DNA of 64,000 bases from positions 20,316 through 84,315 of the forward strand of contig CAXTWH010000021.1 in NCBI GenBank assembly GCA_964247975.1, read 5' to 3'. This DNA is from an uncultured Bryobacteraceae bacterium (GTDB lineage Bacteria; Acidobacteriota; Terriglobia; Bryobacterales; Bryobacteraceae). The notes beneath the pieces are model-generated. The model did not search any database. It had not been told where the DNA came from and worked only from the letters and a program-made list of their open reading frames with translations. A program made the position numbers and the translations under genes. Below, in pieces: positions 58,643 to 64,000 of the stretch (position 1 is the first letter of the stretch; every line of letters starts with the position of its first letter).

Positions 58643-59025
58643 TCACTGCTCTCCTTGCTGAAGTTGAGGCACTAGGCAAACTGCCTTTTTATTTGCTCTG
58701 GATCGAGCATGTCTGAAGAGCGTGGCTATTTAAAAAACTGTAAGAGAACAGGAATGCCGACGCTCAAGATCGCTCTGAACAACAGATGAACGCTGAAAGC
58801 AGTCAAGCGAATTTCAATCGCAGGACCGGCGCAACACGGCTCGGCGGCATGTAACAATACTGTTGCAACAGAAAGAACAACGGTTACTGTTGCGAATTCT
58901 AGTATACGCAAAACGAACGCAAGGTTGTGCGATCAGGATGAGCAGCAAACAACGTTCCGCTTTAATCCGGCCACAACTGCCTGAAAAGGCAATACCATTG
59001 TCTCGCCTGCTTGGGCGTAACAAGC

Positions 59026-60099
59026 TCAAACTGCCGAGATACTACAGTTGGTAAACCGAGCATTACCGAGTCCGGTTCCGATGGTCAGGACTCCCCAACT
59101 CTCCACATCAGTCATCCAGGGAGTTTCACTCAGACCCTGCACAACAGCATCGTTATGCATCATAACTACTGTTGCCTTTTTTCCAATCACTGGAATAAGA
59201 TTTTGGATGCTTTGTGGCAGATTGAACCGGGTGCTCTCCCAATTACCAGGTAAGTTTTGAGCGCCTTTCTCAATAGATCCGTCCTTGCCAATCACCCCGG
59301 GACAACCAATGCCGATAAAAGGAGCTAATTCAAAACCTCTCTGGCCTGCCTCACGGATTAGCTTCTGAATCATCTCTGCCATGCGATCAACAGCCTCGTC
59401 TCGCTTGACTTCTTCATCTGCGTGCCGCCACAGTTTGGAGAAGCAGACATGCGCATCGCAAAAACTGCCATCTTTCCGAACGTTTAATTCGATAATGCCG
59501 GAGCGGATATTCGAGCCTCCAATATCTACTCCGAGCATACTGTCATACCCGTCGAACATCCTGGCCGGAATCAGGTGGATATTGCCGATTAGTCCCGCTT
59601 CATCTGGATCGTGCCGGATTGGTTGAAACTCGATTTTGTGACCGTATTCTCCTTTCAGAAGAACAGCAGCCCTTCCAATTGCCAGCTCTCCGATTCGACT
59701 GGCGCGAAAACCGCCTCCTACTACGATGCGCTCTGTATTCTGCCAGGATTTCAGCTTGAGTAACCGATGCGTGATACTCGCAAGTTCCTGGGAAAACTCT
59801 TCCACAGCTCCGTGTATTAAACCGGCCGCTTCAATATCGCCCTCAACTAATATCTTGTCGAGCTTCTTTTTACTCAATTCAGCGGTTGGCTCATCTCCTA
59901 AAGGATCTTCGCCCACCTCGCTGATACGCTTTCGCCAGTCATCTAGAGTAGACCGGAATGCGCCGTTGCTGGCGCGATCTCCCAGGAACCCTTCAGCGTC
60001 TTTGAGTTCAGCGCTGTAAGTATCGATGTGCACAGTCGCATGTTGTTTTGCGCCGTGCACAAGTAGATTCGGCTGCTTTGTACTGTTAGGTTTGCTCAT
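59026..60099 (-). CDS. ROK-family (sugar kinase fold) protein
   Basis: GVDIGGSNIR, IGIGCPG, HNDAVVQGLSE, LTIGTGLGNA; N-terminal FLGDRAS extension. Confidence 0.85.
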   Translation of the reverse strand: MSKPNSTKQPNLLVHGAKQHATVHIDTYSAELKDAEGFLGDRASNGAFRSTLDDWRKRISEVGEDPLGDEPTAELSKKKLDKILVEGDIEAAGLIHGAVEEFSQELASITHRLLKLKSWQNTERIVVGGGFRASRIGELAIGRAAVLLKGEYGHKIEFQPIRHDPDEAGLIGNIHLIPARMFDGYDSMLGVDIGGSNIRSGIIELNVRKDGSFCDAHVCFSKLWRHADEEVKRDEAVDRMAEMIQKLIREAGQRGFELAPFIGIGCPGVIGKDGSIEKGAQNLPGNWESTRFNLPQSIQNLIPVIGKKATVVMMHNDAVVQGLSETPWMTDVESWGVLTIGTGLGNARFTNCSISAV

Positions 60100-60315
60100 T
60101 TGGATTCCGTTGAAGTCTTACTCCGGGGATACAAGTCATGGCCGTTTGCCGGAAGGAGTCATCGGCGTGATGCAGGCCAATGCAATATAACGTGACAATC
60201 TGCCCGGCGCTGAGGTTATGATTTTGTTGGACATATTTCATTGCGTTTCGACAAACACGCGTTTCCCGGATCTTAAGCCGGTAAGTCAGGATGGACCTTG
60301 GATCGTGATTAAATA

Positions 60316-60780
60316 TTAAATAAGGATGATCTGGTGCCCGGCACGTTCCAAACTCCTCGCCCATCGCTTCTCGCAAGTGAATGGCCACCAGCGCTTCCGA
60401 ACTCCGATGAGAACAAGTGAATGCGGTGTAACCGAGTGCAGGAGGCAGTCGCAAACATTCCGGCATAGCTTAATCTCGATCCGAGTTCCTGCAGGACCCT
60501 GCTCACATAAAGCTCGGAACTGTTTCAGCCTAAAAGCCGGATCTACTTGCGGACGATCGAGTGGAAGAGGATACGGAACGACGTGTGGCACTAAAATCTT
60601 AATTTGTATACCGAGTTGATTAATCCAGTCAGCCGTTATTCGGAAAACATTGAGGGTCGCCGAAATGCTTGTAAATATAATCGTGACATACATCTCACCA
60701 GAGATTGCATCGCCAGTGGTAAAGAGCTTTTCGGGAAGGTAACTAGACTGCTCATTATTTCTCCTCTGGCCAGTTATCAC
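60316..60780 (-). CDS. Hypothetical USP-like protein of a type I recall next to kdp operons in acidobacteria
   Basis: GAAGGGGG RBS, GTG start; IIFTS, VPHVVPYPLPL, LCRN, SLVLIG.RKRWWP, ERAGHQII. Confidence 0.65.
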   Translation of the reverse strand: MITGQRRNNEQSSYLPEKLFTTGDAISGEMYVTIIFTSISATLNVFRITADWINQLGIQIKILVPHVVPYPLPLDRPQVDPAFRLKQFRALCEQGPAGTRIEIKLCRNVCDCLLHSVTPHSLVLIGVRKRWWPFTCEKRWARSLERAGHQIILI

Positions 60781-61779
60781 AAAATACCCCCTTCAAGATT
60801 TTTCCAGTAGATTGAAGGCATCACGCCTTCACAAAGTGCCCCCGCTTTCTTCAGCTTGTTCGGCGAAAAGGCTGTTCAAGCAGAAACGGATGGTAAACAG
60901 AATTGCAGGACATGCCGCGAATTAGAAGTTTTAGTCACAAGGCCCTACCAGGTTCAGTGTTTCGCTTCAGGATTCTACCGGGGCGGTGGCGCCGATAAGG
61001 GGTAATTAAATTCGTACTACTGGATCTCGGCATAAGTCAGCCAACCTTTTCACCCTAAGCCAGATAGTCTGAGGAAGGCATAAAACTTCCATAAAGAAAA
61101 ACTAACGAAGAGGATCTTCCTTAGTTTTGGTACTGCTGACGAAATTTGATTTTGAGAGCGACTTGAGCAACGGCAACACCGCCGAATACCGCGAACAGGC
61201 CATGCCAATTTAAACAAAATTCCACCAACCATTCGTGTGGAATAGTCTGATCCGGTACGAGCGGCAGCGGAGGAGACGGCCTGATCTATTCCCGGAGAAC
61301 AACTATCGCGGAAAACAAGTACCTGCTCAGGCTCGTCAGCGAGCAGGAAATTAGGATAATGCGGGTGGCTGATTTCTTAAATCGGCCGCATTAATTTTCA
61401 GTAGGATCACTGAGCATAAGAAAATTGCGGGCCTGCGCAGGGCGGTCTTATGGAGTTTATTTTTTGGCCGTCGCTGCCATACGAATTCACAAACGAGGTA
61501 AAAGAACAGCGGAAGGCGCTTATCCCAAAGAACAAGAACAGCAGAATGATCGCGCATTCGGCAAAGTCAACGCTCTCACAGGGACCGGGGCACTTCTTTC
61601 TGCTGCCCCGCTGTACCGGCATCGCGCCGCTCTAGTCACGGGCGCGTGCTTGGCAGAGTGGGCTGTTTTGTGTTTATTGCTTTTTCGCGGTGATCGCCGC
61701 AAAAGCCGCTTGCCACCACCTTCTTTATGGCTTCCCTTGAGTTTCCGCTTTAAGCGCCGCCTGACAGGAAGTGAATTGG

Positions 61780-63999
61780 TTACTGAAAGTTGTTCACCAG
61801 CATTACCTCATCGCCGGAATTGTCAAATTGAGCGTAGTAGAGAAATCTGCCGTCGGGCGCTATGCTGAAGCCGCCGATCACACTGTTGGGCAGGTTGCCG
61901 AGCCTGCTGATCCGCTTTGTGTCCATATTCAGAACCTGTAAAGCGGGGCCTACTGAAGCGTTGGGCGTTAAATAGTAAACTGACCTGTTCCCCAGAGCGA
62001 AGCCACGGAAAATAACATTTGCGTTAACCAGCGACTCTTTTCCGCTGCGTAAGTCCATCCGCCGCAGTTCGCCTTCCTTATAGTCCCCTTTGAGGTAATA
62101 CATGAATTCACCATCAGCGGTTAGCTCCGGCGCGGTTCCGGCGTCGGCGCTGACGGCCACAGCATCTTTGCCGTCAGAAGAAACCCGCCAGATCCGGTAC
62201 AGGCCGGAGCGGTCGGAGCTGAAATAAATCGACTGGTCGTCAGCGGACCAGACCGGCAGCATATCGGTAGCGTTTCCCGCTGTGAGTTGCACGGGGTTCC
62301 CGCCTTCTGAGGGAACTTTAAATAGTTTTGATGAGGTTTTAACGCGGGAATCAAGAACAATCCATTTCCCATCGTGAGACCAACGCGGCGAACCGGACAT
62401 GCTTCTCATATGAGTTAAAGGCCAGGTCTGTCCGTTCCGCAGGTCCGCCATCCAGATTTCAGTGAATCCGCTCCGATTGGATTCAAACGCCATTTTGGTT
62501 CCATCCGGCGAAACCGCCGGGCGATGATCCATGCGGGAAGAGGAGATGATCTGCGTCGAGGGCTTGGCTTGTCCGGACGAGATCGCCTCCAGATCGAGCT
62601 TCCAGATATTGGTGTCATCTAAGTTTTTGAGATAGGCAAGCCGATGACCGTTGCGGGATGCGGTGGGAGACGCCACGCTTTCGCCAAGATCGACGATGGG
62701 CTCCGGTTGTTTTCCGTCGCGGCTTCGCCAGATGCGGTGAACGCCGTCCGGATAGGCCATGAACAACAGGTCATGATTTGAGACCCAAGCTGGATCACGC
62801 ACCGTGGTGGTTCTGAAACCCGGCCAATCCAGAAGAACCAACGCGCCCGCCGCATTGTAATTTCGGTCCAGTGGGAGCGTGGCGATCCGGCTGAATCCAT
62901 CACCTAGGTATCGGACAAAAGCCAGCGTTCTTCCATCGGGCGAGATGGAAGGAGTGACATCATCCCATTGGGGCACGGCACTGGTTAGAAGGCGCTTCCG
63001 TCCCGTTTCCGCTGAAACCAGCGCCAGGGAGCTATGGCCACCCCTGCGCTCGGAGATAAAAAGCCATTTGCTGTCCGGAGTCCATTCCAGGGAGCGCGAT
63101 TCTATTTCGAATGATCCTGCAAGATCAGCCAAGGAACGTTCGTGACCGCCGGACGGGTCACATAAAAATAGTGTCAATTGGCGGTGGAGATCACCACGCA
63201 GGAAAGCAATAATCTGACCGTCCGGCGACCATACCGGGCTGATCTCGGCGGCATCGGAATGAGTTAACCGGGCAGGCTGAGACGGGCTTTCGTTGTCCCC
63301 GTCAACAGTTTGAACGTAAATTCCGGCGGCTTTTTCCCCTTGCTTCCATGCATACACAACGCGCTTTCCGTCGGGGGAAAAACTCGGCGTTGATTTTGTG
63401 CCCGGCTCCACAAAAATGGGAAAAGGTATGAGCGGAGCGGGAAGCGACGGAGCGCGTAATCCAGGAAGGAAGAAAATGGCGGCTATCGCCAGCAGGCCGA
63501 GGATGGCCAATGCCGCCACGGTAAAGTTTCGCCGCGATCTTGCCGGAACCGGCGAAAGCAGTTGTTGCTGTTTGTGAAGACCCTCGGCCACAGCAGCGGC
63601 GGAAGGACGGTTCGCGGGATTCTTGGCGAGCATGGCCAGGATGAGCGAATCCAGAGCTTCAGGCACGGCGACGTTCCGCTTCGACGGGCGCTGGATTTCC
63701 TCCGCAACGAGTTTCTGCAAGGTTTCGAATACCGAGTCCGCCGGGAAGGGATGCCGCCCCGTGCATAGCTCATATAAAACGAGGCCAAGCGAGAAAACAT
63801 CCGTCGCGCCGCTGATTGCTTCTCCCCTGGCTTGTTCCGGAGACATGTAGCGCCAGGTTCCGGCAAACAAGTGAGACGTGGAAATTCGGTTATCGGTTTG
63901 TTCTCTGGGCGCGGCGGAGGTTGCCAAGCCGAAATCCAGAACTTTGAGGCTTCCGTCAGGCTTTACAATAACGTTTTCCGGCTTGATGTCACGATGAAC
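61780..63999 (-). CDS. Ser/Thr protein kinase with TM helix and TolB-like (PD40) beta-propeller; 5' end outside the window
   Basis: Frame is open to the window edge: VHRDIKPEN, VLDFGLA, GTWRYMSPEQ, DVFSLG; TM segment; repeated FSPDG/WSPDG blades. Confidence 0.95.
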   Translation of the reverse strand, partial: VHRDIKPENVIVKPDGSLKVLDFGLATSAAPREQTDNRISTSHLFAGTWRYMSPEQARGEAISGATDVFSLGLVLYELCTGRHPFPADSVFETLQKLVAEEIQRPSKRNVAVPEALDSLILAMLAKNPANRPSAAAVAEGLHKQQQLLSPVPARSRRNFTVAALAILGLLAIAAIFFLPGLRAPSLPAPLIPFPIFVEPGTKSTPSFSPDGKRVVYAWKQGEKAAGIYVQTVDGDNESPSQPARLTHSDAAEISPVWSPDGQIIAFLRGDLHRQLTLFLCDPSGGHERSLADLAGSFEIESRSLEWTPDSKWLFISERRGGHSSLALVSAETGRKRLLTSAVPQWDDVTPSISPDGRTLAFVRYLGDGFSRIATLPLDRNYNAAGALVLLDWPGFRTTTVRDPAWVSNHDLLFMAYPDGVHRIWRSRDGKQPEPIVDLGESVASPTASRNGHRLAYLKNLDDTNIWKLDLEAISSGQAKPSTQIISSSRMDHRPAVSPDGTKMAFESNRSGFTEIWMADLRNGQTWPLTHMRSMSGSPRWSHDGKWIVLDSRVKTSSKLFKVPSEGGNPVQLTAGNATDMLPVWSADDQSIYFSSDRSGLYRIWRVSSDGKDAVAVSADAGTAPELTADGEFMYYLKGDYKEGELRRMDLRSGKESLVNANVIFRGFALGNRSVYYLTPNASVGPALQVLNMDTKRISRLGNLPNSVIGGFSIAPDGRFLYYAQFDNSGDEVMLVNNFQ

Positions 64000-64000
64000 G

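Noticed and set aside
58726-58911. 61-aa ORF that starts like a signal peptide
   Set aside because: TTG start without RBS and no recognisable domain; mentioned only as a possible remnant.
60086-60466. 126-aa minus-strand ORF upstream of the ROK gene
   Set aside because: It overlaps the USP-like gene in another frame and has no recognisable features.
60930-61010. Possible c-di-AMP (ydaO) riboswitch upstream of the kdp-type gene (CTGAACCTGGTAGGGC on the minus strand)
   Set aside because: Only a short partial match; the other conserved segments are missing. A covariance-model scan would be needed.
61407-61622. Flp-pilin-like stretch DFAECAIILLFLFFGISAF in a 71-aa ORF
   Set aside because: No G|xxxxEY motif (EC instead), no RBS, no tad genes nearby; likely a chance hydrophobic run.
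1-64000. CRISPR array, rRNA, tRNA, IS or prophage
   Set aside because: By eye I found no regularly spaced repeats, RNA-gene signatures, transposase, integrase or phage structural genes.

Overview
About 55 mostly intact, densely packed bacterial genes. The gene content (ADOP-type orphan permease, carboxypeptidase-regulatory-domain TonB-dependent receptors, paired TPR proteins, PEP-CTERM protein, Ser/Thr kinase with PD40 propeller, scattered nuoCD) points to Acidobacteriota, probably Bryobacterales-like; this is inference, not a database result. The window holds: housekeeping genes (icd, nuoC/nuoD, lolA, pdxH, gmhB, an ABC-F); a type IV pilus / T2SS-like inner-membrane operon (pilC-pilB-pilM-pilN-pilO-pilP-like-pilX-like); many secreted carbohydrate-active and peptidase genes (GH144-like, DUF4965, GH28, ricin-SUEL-GH16-like, two M28 peptidases); a TetR-SDR-hydrolase cassette with tandem palindromic operators; and an ECF sigma / DUF2892 pair. 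I saw no rRNA, tRNA, CRISPR array, transposase or integrase. The features the ORF track misses are the most interesting. (1) A SAM methyltransferase is split in frame by a 1,798-bp insert carrying a headless Mrr nuclease and a PEP-CTERM gene. (2) A secreted ricin + SUEL-lectin + GH16-like protein has a variant catalytic motif. (3) A minor pseudopilin carries FG-repeat, N/Q-rich disordered regions. (4) There is a decayed antitoxin-PIN toxin relic. (5) Several genes are broken by single indels or transitions, including six lesions within about 0.85 kb of one TonB receptor; these may be real decay or sequencing error. All family assignments come from motifs I recognised by eye, with no searches run.
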